A stretch of 40,077 bases of DNA from a virus (taxonomy: Duplodnaviria; Caudoviricetes): positions 1 to 40,077 of IMG/VR virus record IMGVR_UViG_3300016667_000323, one strand, 5' to 3'. The translations under genes were made by a program, and so were the position numbers. Of this stretch, positions 26,201 through 35,065 are shown piece after piece (within the stretch, counting starts at the first letter, position 1; each line of letters starts with the position of its first letter). The notes under the pieces were generated by a model. It worked only from the letters and a program-made list of their open reading frames with translations. It was not told the origin of the DNA and did no database searches.

Positions 26201-29200
26201 GCCCCCGAAGGTCTCCTCGGGATCTTCTCGAAGCTGGCCGACTGGATGCGCAACATCTACCGCGACATCAAGGGCAGCGAGCTTGACATCCAGATCAGCC
26301 CCGAGGTCAAGGAGGTGTTCGACAAGCTGGTGAGCCGCGGCCCGGGCTACGAGAGGGCCGTCTCGACCACCGCAACCACCGCGGCCGTCGGTGCCCGTGG
26401 CGCTGGCCGTGGCCCCACGCTCCTCGAGCAGGCTGCCACCAGCCCCGACCTTGGGAAGCCCGGTGGCGTCCCCAACGCCCCGATCAACTTGACCAACTTC
26501 AGCACCGCGGACGATGTGAACCGGGCGGTCGATGACTTCATCAAGCAGGAGCCTCTGGTCTCCACGCTGGCTGACGTTCCGCCCGAGGCGCTGTCGCAGG
26601 TCGCCAAGGAGGCTCAGGACAACTTCGATGCCATCTCCCGAATCAGCGGTGAGAAGGACCCCCTCGACTTCCAGAGGTACCTGAGCACCGATGGCTTCTC
26701 GGCCTATGACCTGTCGCAGGCCAGCCGCCAGCTTCAGGGTCTCCGCAAGTTCGCCGCTTCGGTGTCGTCCCGCATGCTCGAGTTGTCCACCAAGGGCAGC
26801 GCAGCGTCGCAGGAGGACATCTACGAGTTCCTCGCGGCCCGTACCGCGTCGAACGCTGCGATCCAGTCGATCAAGGAGCGTCAGCGCGAGGTGGCCCGCA
26901 TGCTGGGTGCCATGCGCATCAACCCGACTCCTGAGAAGATCTCGATGCTTCCGCCCCTCCCCAAGGCCGGGGAGGTGAAGCCCACCGTCGCCGCGGCTGC
27001 CACTAGCCCCGCTGCGGTACCCAGCCCGGGTGCGCTGCCCACGAGCGCCGCTGCCGTCGCTCCCTCCCCGGCCGCGATCAATCCACTCATGGATGAGGCT
27101 ATGCGTGCTCGTGTCATCCAGCAGGAGATCGAGCGGGCCGGCGGCGAGGATGCCGTCAAGGCCCAGATGGCCAAGTTCGCCGCGGCTGCTGCCTCGGGTG
27201 GTGAAGAGGCCGTCATGAAGCTGGCCCGCGGCTACCGCTCTGGCAACGCGCTGGTCGAGTACTGGATGAACAGCATCCTGTCGGGCCCGGTGACCCACGC
27301 GGTCAACATCTCGGCCAACCTGCTGACCGCCCTGTACCTGCCTATGGAGCGTGCCCTTGGGGCCACCCTGAGGGGAGACATGAAGGGGGCCAACGCGGCC
27401 CTGCGGCAGTACGTGCACATGGGCCAGCAGTTCGGTGACGCAATGCGGCTGGCCTACACGGCCCTGAAGATGGACGCGAACATCCTCGAGTCCGTCGGTA
27501 CGGCCGAGAAGGACGTGATGGGCCGGGCGATCTCGGCCCGCGGCTTCGGTATGGCTGACGACAGCACTGGCGGCAAGGCCGTCAATTGGCTGGGCAACCT
27601 GCTGAACCTGCCCACGCGCTTCCTGACTGCCGAAGACGAGTTCTTCAAGCAGCTCAACTACCGCTCCAGCTTCCTCACGGAGCTGCACATGGAGGGCATG
27701 AACCGCTTCAAGGGCAACCCGCAGGCTGCCGCCAAGTGGGCTCAGGAGACCTTTGACCGGGCCCTTCAGGACGGTCAGGCCTATGCCGAGAGTACGGTCC
27801 TGAAGCGGGCCTACGCCGAGGCCGACAAGGCCATCTCGGCCGGCACGATCAAGGCCCCGGAGAAGATCGACTTCGTGGCCAAGTACATGGCCGACTCGAA
27901 GAACTGGGACCCGGAGCTGGGCGTCCTGTCGGATCGGGCCATGTCGCAGGCGCGCTACGCGACCTTCAGCACCCCGCTGACGAACGACCCGAACGCCATG
28001 CTCACGACCCGTCTGGCGTCGCGCATTCAGGCCGCCGCGAACGAGCACCCGCTCATCCGCTTCGCCCTGCCGTTCATCCGCACCCCAACGAACCTGCTGA
28101 ACTTCACGCTGGACCGAACCTTCGTCGTGAACCTGCCGGCCTCGAGGCAGGCCTTCGGTGAGATGTCGGCCGCGCTGATGTCGAAGAACCCGCACGTCAA
28201 GAACGACGCCATGGGTCGCCTTGCGTTCTCCGCGGCGGCTGCCTTCACGGTGGGCACCGCGGCCTTCAGCGGCGTGATCACCGGAGGTGGCCCGAAGAAC
28301 AAGAACGAGCGTGACATGAAGATGCAGACGGGCTGGCAGCCCTACTCGATCCGCATCGGTGACAAGTACGTCAGCTACCGCCGCGAGGACCCCTTCGCGT
28401 CGATCATCGGCCTCGTGGCCGACGTGGTGGAGGGTTACCAGTACGCCGACGAGAAGGGCGCTGTCGGTCTCGACAAGGCACTGAACACGATCGTTCTGGC
28501 GATCTCTCGCAACATCACGAACAAGACGTATCTGACGGGCATCACCAACATCTCTAACGCGATCTCCAACCCGGAGCAGTTCGGCCAGACGCTGGTGAAC
28601 CAGTACGTCAGCTCGCTGGTGCCGTTCAGCTCCGCGCTGAGCCAGTCGATCTCTACCGTCGCTGACGATCCGGTGATGCGTGACACTCGGACCATGCTGG
28701 ACGCCATCCGGGCGAAGATTCCGTTCCTTGCCGAGCAGGTTGCCCCCAAGCGCAACATCCTCGGTGAGGCGGTCACCCGCCCGAGCAGCGTCGGCCCCGA
28801 CATGTTCAGCCCGCTGACCTACACCGAGGTGAAGGACGACAAGATCCTGCAGGAGTTCAACCTGCTGGGCCACGGCTTCACCCCGCCCAAGGAGCAGCGT
28901 GGGGCGATCGACCTGACCACCTTCTCGACCCGCAGCGGGCAGCAGGCCTACGACCGTTGGCTCGAGCTGCACGGCACGGTGCGCGTCGGTGGCCGCACCC
29001 TCCGCGAGGCTCTGCTGCGTGAGATCAACTCCCGCGGCTACCAGCGTCTCAGCCCGGCCTCCACGGAGGACTACGACTCTCCACGCATTCGCCAGCTCAG
29101 GGAGGTCATCGCGACCTACCGAGAGGCTGCCTACAGGCAGCTCCTCAGGGAAGCCCCCGAGCTGGACCGCGCGTCTCGCCTCGATTTCGCCAACAAACAA

Positions 29201-29254
29201 GCCCTGCGGATGGGCCGCAGCGCACAAGAACTGTTCGATCTCGGAAACCGCTAA
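23216..29254 (+). CDS. Internal virion protein D (gp16-like), 2012-aa multidomain protein with embedded SAM-methyltransferase and HExxH domains
   Basis: Position before the fibre gene; gp16-like C-terminal motifs EYWMNSILSG, PFIRTPTN, GWQPYS; internal VDIGGGRFD...NVLNVI...LKPGG and HEIAH. Confidence 0.85.
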   Translation: MSAFANFADEFYNLSATNSVRHAAAGMGGDTPEKKQQDWGVFDYATDMALGVPRGVLSAASDMVNLAGLPFGYEVENRFGLMADSESVAGGITEGIANFMTGMIPGGLVAGGLSKVAKGYKMVKAIDTAAEIAKASGNLTKYNAIRGAQALVKGSVAGAVADFVAFDGHEERLSNLLRDHAGLSDPLTAYLAADKNDSEIAGRFKNALEGLAIGGLTEGLFNAFRMYKAGFTVKSAGGSADAVDAAMNAEAHQIRLEQRDQIKTSFNLTDEEADVTNMLIDRMGLDRSKLKVVSGQEAQQAYDMASGALEQRKKFDPVAALPQDAQELKNLLDPEEWASIKSQGTLDSLVGLYKRFDVELMPLLRAAAEAGSPVHGGYEEGAAIMRKLVGDTRAELFANFSAATSPQNKVAAHTRLGVGITADVIDRIRAGNIAEMGLDEMRTIVDSVGTRLKAKGMVEDYAKRSLGIANDLLGRLRTLQEANPSASMDELLNTVDATGLYKNMAGTGMEKGAGKVPGFAEGSAGRLNKVVLDTYMARLVPDDLFPNLAASELMDAKKEWLGKAANYTAFSATVRKLSTELGIMPGHAQERIWGAVYVIGALKKEGMNPEAVYKNLSKEDMLASWDLLSILQKPEVTNELRRLGADEGSLADLAGLAADVRQRVRPNLNTPIRVSDPAALEELARRVPKFSGSSGTEVTAARAARGATLLNQEAAVSRADLWKVPEQAFSSADTSINASKLPTGFTKVEQAGGWKPGTVNVDIGGGRFDNAVEKLSTLGVDSKVFDPFNRSAEHNNAVSAAVAGGKADTATIFNVLNVIKEPENRLRVLQQAEDALKPGGKLYIQVYEGDASGVARATGGNKFQLNQKLKDYLPEVQKVFPEARVEKGLIVAEKSTSVLRQGEGSVRGFAAFAEDGKAVIGGLKNPDVGTAVHEIAHVGRRQLFDRAVPQEARMGISDADIGVMEKWAGVTDGTWTRPAEEKFANGFMKYLRDGEAPEGLLGIFSKLADWMRNIYRDIKGSELDIQISPEVKEVFDKLVSRGPGYERAVSTTATTAAVGARGAGRGPTLLEQAATSPDLGKPGGVPNAPINLTNFSTADDVNRAVDDFIKQEPLVSTLADVPPEALSQVAKEAQDNFDAISRISGEKDPLDFQRYLSTDGFSAYDLSQASRQLQGLRKFAASVSSRMLELSTKGSAASQEDIYEFLAARTASNAAIQSIKERQREVARMLGAMRINPTPEKISMLPPLPKAGEVKPTVAAAATSPAAVPSPGALPTSAAAVAPSPAAINPLMDEAMRARVIQQEIERAGGEDAVKAQMAKFAAAAASGGEEAVMKLARGYRSGNALVEYWMNSILSGPVTHAVNISANLLTALYLPMERALGATLRGDMKGANAALRQYVHMGQQFGDAMRLAYTALKMDANILESVGTAEKDVMGRAISARGFGMADDSTGGKAVNWLGNLLNLPTRFLTAEDEFFKQLNYRSSFLTELHMEGMNRFKGNPQAAAKWAQETFDRALQDGQAYAESTVLKRAYAEADKAISAGTIKAPEKIDFVAKYMADSKNWDPELGVLSDRAMSQARYATFSTPLTNDPNAMLTTRLASRIQAAANEHPLIRFALPFIRTPTNLLNFTLDRTFVVNLPASRQAFGEMSAALMSKNPHVKNDAMGRLAFSAAAAFTVGTAAFSGVITGGGPKNKNERDMKMQTGWQPYSIRIGDKYVSYRREDPFASIIGLVADVVEGYQYADEKGAVGLDKALNTIVLAISRNITNKTYLTGITNISNAISNPEQFGQTLVNQYVSSLVPFSSALSQSISTVADDPVMRDTRTMLDAIRAKIPFLAEQVAPKRNILGEAVTRPSSVGPDMFSPLTYTEVKDDKILQEFNLLGHGFTPPKEQRGAIDLTTFSTRSGQQAYDRWLELHGTVRVGGRTLREALLREINSRGYQRLSPASTEDYDSPRIRQLREVIATYREAAYRQLLREAPELDRASRLDFANKQALRMGRSAQELFDLGNR

Positions 29255-29257
29255 ACC

Positions 29258-30604
29258 ATGGCCTACTCCTACCAACTCCATACCGTCGGTTCGTCCGCCT
29301 CGACCGGACCGTTCTCCTACGCCAACATCAACGGCTACCTCTCCACGTCACACCTGAAGATCTACATCAACGGGGCCCTGTACGGTGGAGGCTACGTCCT
29401 TGACGACACCGCCAAGACGATAACGCTTGGTACCGCTGCGCCGGCTGCGGCCACTGTGCTCATCCAGCGCGAGACTCCCAAGACCGTAGCTGGCCGTGTG
29501 GTGGACTTCGCTGACGGCTCCGTGCTGACTGCTGCGGATCTCGACAACGCCAACCTGCAGAACCTGTACATCGCTCAGGAGGCTGCCGACGCGGCGACGG
29601 ACTCGATCGGCCTCGCCAGCGACGGCATCAACTGGAACGCTCAGGCCAAGCGGGTGACCAACGCGGCGTTGGCCGTCAGCCCCGGCGATCTGGTCACCAA
29701 GCAGTACGTGGACGACCTGCAGCTCTATGGAACTGCCACGGCTGCCCCTCAGGACTGGGCTTTCACCGGCAACAACTCCACCACCGTGTTCTCGCTCAAC
29801 CCTGCCCCGCTGGCGACTGATGCGAAGATGTTCATCGTGGAGGTCGGTGGTGTTCTCCAGCGTCCCACGACGGACTACACCGTCAACGCTGCTGCGATCA
29901 CCTTTGCGAGCGCCCCGGGCAACGGAGTCGGAATCCGTGTGCGAAACTTCGGGGTGGCCCGGACCACCGGCAGCGTGACCACGGCAACCATCGCTGACGG
30001 TGCGGTGACCACCGCGAAGCTGGCGAGCGGGGCCGTGACGAACGACAAGATCGCCTCCGGGACCATCACTCAGGATCGCCTTGGATTCACCGTCAGCGCC
30101 ATGGACGTGAACGGCGACATTAAGGCTGACAATAATCTTGTCGGTTACGGGCACCCACGTCTCCGCGCAGTGACCAAGGCAGTCACTGGCACGAACTACC
30201 GAGGCACCGGCCGCCTGACCACGAACTTTTGGACCGGAACGGCCGCCGAAGGTTACGTCTACGACAATAAGAATGCGTGGTCGAACACTACCGGCCGCTA
30301 CACCATCACAACTGATGGATGGTACCGCATCGACTACACCATCTCGTTCTCGAACGGAAACGGCGAAATTACTGATGCGTATCTGGAAATCGGGAACTAC
30401 AACGGCACCCAGTTCGACGTGAGATACGACATCGGTGCCCGCGCAAGGTCCACTCTGAGTACGACCGGGAGCATGTCGTCTGGAACTCTGATCTACCTTC
30501 AGTCTGGCCAAACGGTTGCTCTGTGCGCTCAGCAGAGCGCCAACTCCTTCCTGCTCCGTGACTCGGACGGGCGCACCGTCTTCACCGTCTGCTACCTGCC
30601 CTGA
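29258..30604 (+). CDS. Tail fibre protein (gp17-like N-terminus, C1q/TNF-like C-terminus)
   Basis: IQRETP...VDFADGSVLTAADLD adaptor; DLVTKQYVD; (I/L)A.GAVT..K repeats; TGRYTITTDGWYRI...YLQSGQTV. Confidence 0.88.
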   Translation: MAYSYQLHTVGSSASTGPFSYANINGYLSTSHLKIYINGALYGGGYVLDDTAKTITLGTAAPAAATVLIQRETPKTVAGRVVDFADGSVLTAADLDNANLQNLYIAQEAADAATDSIGLASDGINWNAQAKRVTNAALAVSPGDLVTKQYVDDLQLYGTATAAPQDWAFTGNNSTTVFSLNPAPLATDAKMFIVEVGGVLQRPTTDYTVNAAAITFASAPGNGVGIRVRNFGVARTTGSVTTATIADGAVTTAKLASGAVTNDKIASGTITQDRLGFTVSAMDVNGDIKADNNLVGYGHPRLRAVTKAVTGTNYRGTGRLTTNFWTGTAAEGYVYDNKNAWSNTTGRYTITTDGWYRIDYTISFSNGNGEITDAYLEIGNYNGTQFDVRYDIGARARSTLSTTGSMSSGTLIYLQSGQTVALCAQQSANSFLLRDSDGRTVFTVCYLP

Positions 30605-30619
30605 TCCCAAGGACCAACC

Positions 30620-31318
30620 ATGCCTCTCAACACCATTCACCAGTCCATGCTGTCTGGCGTTCTACTGGCCGCCAACAACCTGTCGGAGCTTGGGGCCACG
30701 GCCTCGGCTCAGGAAGCCGCCCAAGGCAACCTCGGGGTCAACACCGCCATCCCCATCGGTGTCGTCCTCCCGTTCGCCAGCGGCACTGTCCCGCAGGGCT
30801 GGCTGCTGTGCGCCGGTCAGACCGTCAGCCGCACGACCTATGTTGATCTGTTCAACGTCATCGGCACGACATACGGGGCGGGCGACGGCTCGACCACATT
30901 TGCCCTGCCCGACTTGCGCGGCCGTACTGTGGCTGGCCGAGACAACATGAACGGGACCACCGCGGGTCGCTTGAGCACGGCCCACTTTGGTGCCACCGGC
31001 CTATCTCTGGGTCAGTCCGGCGGGTCCGAAGGTCAGGCTCTTACGGAGGCCCAGTTGGCATCGCACAGCCACTTTGTGGCCAACACTGACGCCACCACCA
31101 ACACTTCCCCGTCTCTGGGTGCTGCCCAGACGCTTACCGCCAGCAATATCCACAGTAATCTCGATCCAAATTACACGCTTAACGGATCGGCCACGGCCGC
31201 CACGGTGGGCCTGTCGTCGTCAACGGGTTCAGGCTCTGCACACAACAATGTGCAGCCGACCATGATTCTGAACTACATCATCAAGGCCAAGTTCGTCTCT
31301 GCGGTGGCCGTCCCATGA
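30620..31318 (+). CDS. Tail collar-domain short fibre protein
   Basis: PIGVVLPFA..VPQGWLLCAGQ.VSRTTY.DLF.VIGTTYGAGDGSTTFALPDLRGR and HNNVQP...NYIIK. Confidence 0.9.
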   Translation: MPLNTIHQSMLSGVLLAANNLSELGATASAQEAAQGNLGVNTAIPIGVVLPFASGTVPQGWLLCAGQTVSRTTYVDLFNVIGTTYGAGDGSTTFALPDLRGRTVAGRDNMNGTTAGRLSTAHFGATGLSLGQSGGSEGQALTEAQLASHSHFVANTDATTNTSPSLGAAQTLTASNIHSNLDPNYTLNGSATAATVGLSSSTGSGSAHNNVQPTMILNYIIKAKFVSAVAVP

Positions 31319-31539
31319 GCAACGTTGACGAGCAGCTCTTCCTTACCCTCGGGAGGCTCGAGGGCAAGGTGGACACCCTCCTGTCCCTCCAGAAGGTTCA
31401 GGAAGAGCAGATCAAGGAACATGACCAGCGCATCCGCTCGCTGGAGAACTCAAAGGCTTTCCTTATGGGAGGCTCAGCGGTGATCGGTGCGGCTGTGTCG
31501 GCCGCGTTCAACCTTCTCTCCAAGATTTACACCCACTGA
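31315..31539 (+). CDS. Small membrane protein (coiled coil plus C-terminal TM), holin/XhlA-like
   Basis: LGRLEGKVD...HDQRIRSLE followed by a hydrophobic helix; canonical T7 holin slot. Confidence 0.6.
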   Translation: MSNVDEQLFLTLGRLEGKVDTLLSLQKVQEEQIKEHDQRIRSLENSKAFLMGGSAVIGAAVSAAFNLLSKIYTH

Positions 31540-31548
31540 GGTACACAC

Positions 31549-31872
31549 ATGCGCATCTACAACGCCGTCGAAAATCAGAGCATCGCCAGCCTTGGAACCT
31601 ACAACGGACCCATCTTTCGCCCGTCATTCATGGACGACGAGGACGGCATCTTTCAGGTCGGAAGCTACACAGGCCCCGGTGCCGCCACGTTCATCCTGCA
31701 GGGCCGTCTTGTCCCTGCAGCCCCATGGGTCAACATCGTCCTGAACTCGGCCGGAGACACCTCGGCCTCGGACGCTGGTTACTTCCTCGTTCCGATGTTC
31801 CCCGAGATGCGTGTGGTCGTGTCCGCCAGCGGCGGCTCTGTGAGCGGCTGCAACGCATGGATCGGTGACTGA
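31549..31872 (+). CDS. Hypothetical beta-rich protein
   Basis: GAGG RBS; tight packing between neighbours. Confidence 0.65.
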   Translation: MRIYNAVENQSIASLGTYNGPIFRPSFMDDEDGIFQVGSYTGPGAATFILQGRLVPAAPWVNIVLNSAGDTSASDAGYFLVPMFPEMRVVVSASGGSVSGCNAWIGD

Positions 31873-32104
31873 CATGGCCGACGACAAGAAGCTGCTCGAG
31901 GAGCTGCACTCCGCTCTGGTGGCCACTCTGCTGGCCAAGATCCAGAGCGGAGAGGCCACGGCCGCCGACTTCGGCGTGGCCCGGCAGCTCCTCAAGGACA
32001 ACGGCATCGACATCGCAGCCAAGGCCGGCTCTCCCGTCCTGAAGCTGGCCGAGGTCATGCCTTTCGACCCTTCTGAGGATTCCGAGCTGAAGTATGGAAC
32101 TTGA
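31865..32104 (+). CDS. terS: Terminase small subunit (gp18)
   Basis: LEELH...I.SGEATAAD..VARQLLKDNGI; probable start 31874. Confidence 0.88.
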   Translation: MTDMADDKKLLEELHSALVATLLAKIQSGEATAADFGVARQLLKDNGIDIAAKAGSPVLKLAEVMPFDPSEDSELKYGT

Positions 32105-33740
32105 CCCCCGCCTGAAGGACTTCCGCAACTTCCTGCACATGGTGTGGAAGCACCTTGGGCTCCCCAAGCCCACCCCGGTGCAGTACGACATCGCCCGCTA
32201 CCTTCAGGCGGGCCCGCGTCGTGCCGTAGTGGAAGCCTTCCGTGGTGTAGGCAAGTCCTACGTGACCAGCGCGTTCGTGTGCCACCAGCTCCTGCTGGAC
32301 CCGGCCAAGAACATCCTCGTGGTCTCCGCCAGCAAGCAGCGCGCGGACGACTTCAGCACCTTCACCCTGCGTCTGATCGAGGACATGCCCATCCTCGCCC
32401 ACCTGCGGCCCAAGGAGAACCAGCGGTACTCTAAGGTCTCCTTCGACGTGGGCCCAGCGCCGGCCCAGCACGCCCCCTCGGTGACCTCCAAGGGCATCAC
32501 CTCGCAGATCACCGGAAGCCGCGCTGACCTGATCGTGGCAGACGACATCGAGGTCCAGAACAACTCCATGACGCAGGCCATGCGCGAGAAGCTGGCCGAG
32601 AGCGTCAAGGAGTTCGACGCGGTTCTCAAGCCGAACGGCCGGGTGATCTACCTAGGCACACCGCAGACCGAGAACTCGATCTACAACATGCTGGCCGATC
32701 GCGGCTACGAGATCCGCGTGTGGCCCGCTAGGGGCCCCGACGAGAAGCAGAAGGTGGCCTACGGGGATCGTCTGGCCCCCATGGTGCGGGAGCTGAAGAC
32801 GGGCCAGCCGGTCGATCCTGACCGCTTTGACGAGACCGAGCTGATCGAGCGCGAGCTGTCCTTCGGCCGCTCAGGGTTCGCCCTGCAGTTCATGCTGGAC
32901 ACATCCCTGAGCGATGCCGATCGATTCCCGCTCAAGATCAACGATCTGATCGTCATGGACTGCAACCCGGAGCTGGGCCCCGAGAAGCTGATCTGGGGCA
33001 CCATGCCGGATCTGGCTCACCGGGACCTGACATGCGTCGGGTTCAATGGCGATCGATACCACCGGCCGATGTCCGTCGTGGGCGAGTGGATTCCCTACAC
33101 GGGCTCCGTGATGGCCATCGACCCCTCGGGCCGTGGCTCCGATGAGACCGCCTATGCGGTCGTCAAGATGCTCAATGGCACCCTGTACGTGACGGCCGCC
33201 GGGGGTATCCCCGGTGGCTACAGCCCGCAGGCCCTAGAAGGGCTGGCCCAGATCGCCAAGCGTCAGAAGGTCAACCACGTCATCGTGGAGTCCAACTTCG
33301 GTGACGGCATGTTCACGGAGCTGCTGAAGCCCGTGCTGTCCAAGGCCCACCCCTGCGCTATCGAGGAGGTTCGCCACTCGATCCAGAAGGAGCGGCGCAT
33401 CATCGACACCCTCGAGCCGGTCATGAACCAGCACCGTCTGGTGATCGACACGGGGGTCATCCGAAACGACATCGTGTCCACCCGGGACATGCCATCGGAG
33501 AAGGCCCTGCAGTACCAGCTCATGTACCAGCTCAGCCGCGTCACCCGCTCCAAGGGGGCGCTGGCCCACGACGACCGCCTCGACGCACTGGCGATCGGGG
33601 TGGGGTACTGGGCCGAGAAGATGGCTCAGGACGTGGACAAGAAGATGCGGGAGCGACGGTCCCGGGCCCTCGACAGGGAGCTTCAGAAGTTCATGAACCA
33701 CGTTATCGGTCATACCCCCAAACAGACGACGTGGATGTAG
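32094..33740 (+). CDS. terL: Terminase large subunit (gp19)
   Basis: AFRGVGKS, TGSRADLIVADDIE, YLGTPQ, IDPSGRGSDET, ESNFGDGMF, HDDRLDAL. Confidence 0.97.
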   Translation: MELDPRLKDFRNFLHMVWKHLGLPKPTPVQYDIARYLQAGPRRAVVEAFRGVGKSYVTSAFVCHQLLLDPAKNILVVSASKQRADDFSTFTLRLIEDMPILAHLRPKENQRYSKVSFDVGPAPAQHAPSVTSKGITSQITGSRADLIVADDIEVQNNSMTQAMREKLAESVKEFDAVLKPNGRVIYLGTPQTENSIYNMLADRGYEIRVWPARGPDEKQKVAYGDRLAPMVRELKTGQPVDPDRFDETELIERELSFGRSGFALQFMLDTSLSDADRFPLKINDLIVMDCNPELGPEKLIWGTMPDLAHRDLTCVGFNGDRYHRPMSVVGEWIPYTGSVMAIDPSGRGSDETAYAVVKMLNGTLYVTAAGGIPGGYSPQALEGLAQIAKRQKVNHVIVESNFGDGMFTELLKPVLSKAHPCAIEEVRHSIQKERRIIDTLEPVMNQHRLVIDTGVIRNDIVSTRDMPSEKALQYQLMYQLSRVTRSKGALAHDDRLDALAIGVGYWAEKMAQDVDKKMRERRSRALDRELQKFMNHVIGHTPKQTTWM

Positions 33741-33812
33741 GGATTACCTTAAGGAGAAGCCTAAAGAGAGGCCTAGGACGGGGAGGGCCGGGTAGGCCGA
33801 ATCCTTAGGTGA

Positions 33813-34058
33813 ATGAACATGACCACCAGAAATTATCGTCAGGAATACCTCAAGTACCACTCGAGGCCTGATCAGATCCACAAGAGGTCACTCAGGAACT
33901 CAGCCCGCCGTCTCATGATCAAGGACGGTAGGGCTTCCAAGGGTGACGGAATGGAAGTGGATCATCGCCACCCCTTGTCCAAGGGTGGCTCCAATCGTCT
34001 CAGCAACCTGCGGGTCGTAACCCGCCACACCAACCGAGTCAAAGGAAACCGAGCATGA
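33813..34058 (+). CDS. Small HNH endonuclease
   Basis: EVDHRHPLSKGGSN..SNLRVV.RH.NR. Confidence 0.85.
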   Translation: MNMTTRNYRQEYLKYHSRPDQIHKRSLRNSARRLMIKDGRASKGDGMEVDHRHPLSKGGSNRLSNLRVVTRHTNRVKGNRA

Positions 34059-34330
34059 GCTACAAGTACAAGAAGATGGAGTTTCACGGCCTGAAGATCG
34101 CCTCGGGTTCCCCTGAGGCCAATGCCTCGAAGATGGTTCAGGGACGCCTCGGTCGCAAGGGCATGCTGATCAGTCCCAAGGCCAAGCGCAAGCCCTCCAA
34201 GAGTGGCCACAGGCGCTTCCTTGGGTTCCGCGCTATGGAAGCCATGTGGACTGGCCAGCTCGCTGGCGGCCTCGGCACCGGCACTGGCGCTGGTGGTGGT
34301 GGTGGCCCCATCCCCGAGGGCCTTCTGTGA
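34055..34330 (+). CDS. Hypothetical basic protein with Gly-rich tail
   Basis: ATGA overlap with the HNH gene and GTGA overlap with the next gene. Confidence 0.55.
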   Translation: MSYKYKKMEFHGLKIASGSPEANASKMVQGRLGRKGMLISPKAKRKPSKSGHRRFLGFRAMEAMWTGQLAGGLGTGTGAGGGGGPIPEGLL

Positions 34331-34647
34331 AGATCAAGATCGGAGCCATCCACGTTCCTGTCCTGACGGAGCCCATCGCAGGCGACGAGGCCGACGAGGT
34401 GGTCCTTGGGGAGTACTCCGCTGGACCCAACCCCTGCATCCGTCTCCACCCCGCCCTCAAGGGGGCCGAGCTGTCGGCCACCCTGCTGCATGAGGTGCTG
34501 CACGCCATCGCTGACCTGTACGGGCTCGATGATGTCCTTGGGGAGCGCGAGGTGCGCATACTAGAGATGGCCATCAGCATGTTCGTTCAGGACAATCCCA
34601 AGGCAGTCCAGCAGATCCTGCAGGACTTGCTAGAATCCCGTCCGTGA
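34327..34647 (+). CDS. Small zincin-like metallopeptidase (HExxH; ImmA/IrrE- or SprT-like)
   Basis: GTG start (MKIKIG...), TLLHEVLHAI and a downstream Glu (EREV). Confidence 0.7.
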   Translation: MKIKIGAIHVPVLTEPIAGDEADEVVLGEYSAGPNPCIRLHPALKGAELSATLLHEVLHAIADLYGLDDVLGEREVRILEMAISMFVQDNPKAVQQILQDLLESRP

Positions 34648-34654
34648 TTCTCCT

Positions 34655-34689
34655 GCCCCCCGTCTGGGTAACACCGGGCGGGGGGTTTC
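34655..34689 (+). terminator. Intrinsic terminator closing the late operon
   Basis: GCCCCCCGTCTGG-gtaaca-CCGGGCGGGGGGT followed by a short T tract. Confidence 0.65.
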
Positions 34690-35065
34690 CCTAGGAGGGG
34701 GTGGAGTGCCCTTCGTCCAAGAACGGGTGTGCCACTAACGCAGCCCGTAGGATGCCCCAAGGGGGCGATGAGGGTAAGTCGCGTAAGACCCTCAGGGCCC
34801 ACCCCCGGCCATTTGGTGGAAAAATCTGAAGCGGGATGCGTAACGCTAGCCCCGCCGCCGCCCCCCGTGGCCCGCCCGGCGCCCGCCCGGGGCTGCCCGG
34901 CAGGGGGGTGACAGGCCCGCCCGGGGCTGCCCGCCACGCCGGGCTGCCACAGGCAGGGGCTAACCCCTTGAAACTGCTGGGGTTGCAGCAGACATCGAGT
35001 GTGCTGGGGCACGGGGCAGGCGCTGGGGCGTGCGTGCGGGAGCGTTCGGGAGCGCACAGGACGCG

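Noticed and set aside
21038-29281. Very long minus-strand ORFs (1314 and 1347 aa), and similar ones opposite RNAP, helicase and capsid
   Set aside because: Antisense shadows of GC3-biased sense genes; no motifs or RBS
29258-31318. Diversity-generating retroelement acting on the fibres
   Set aside because: No reverse transcriptase and no TR/VR pair seen
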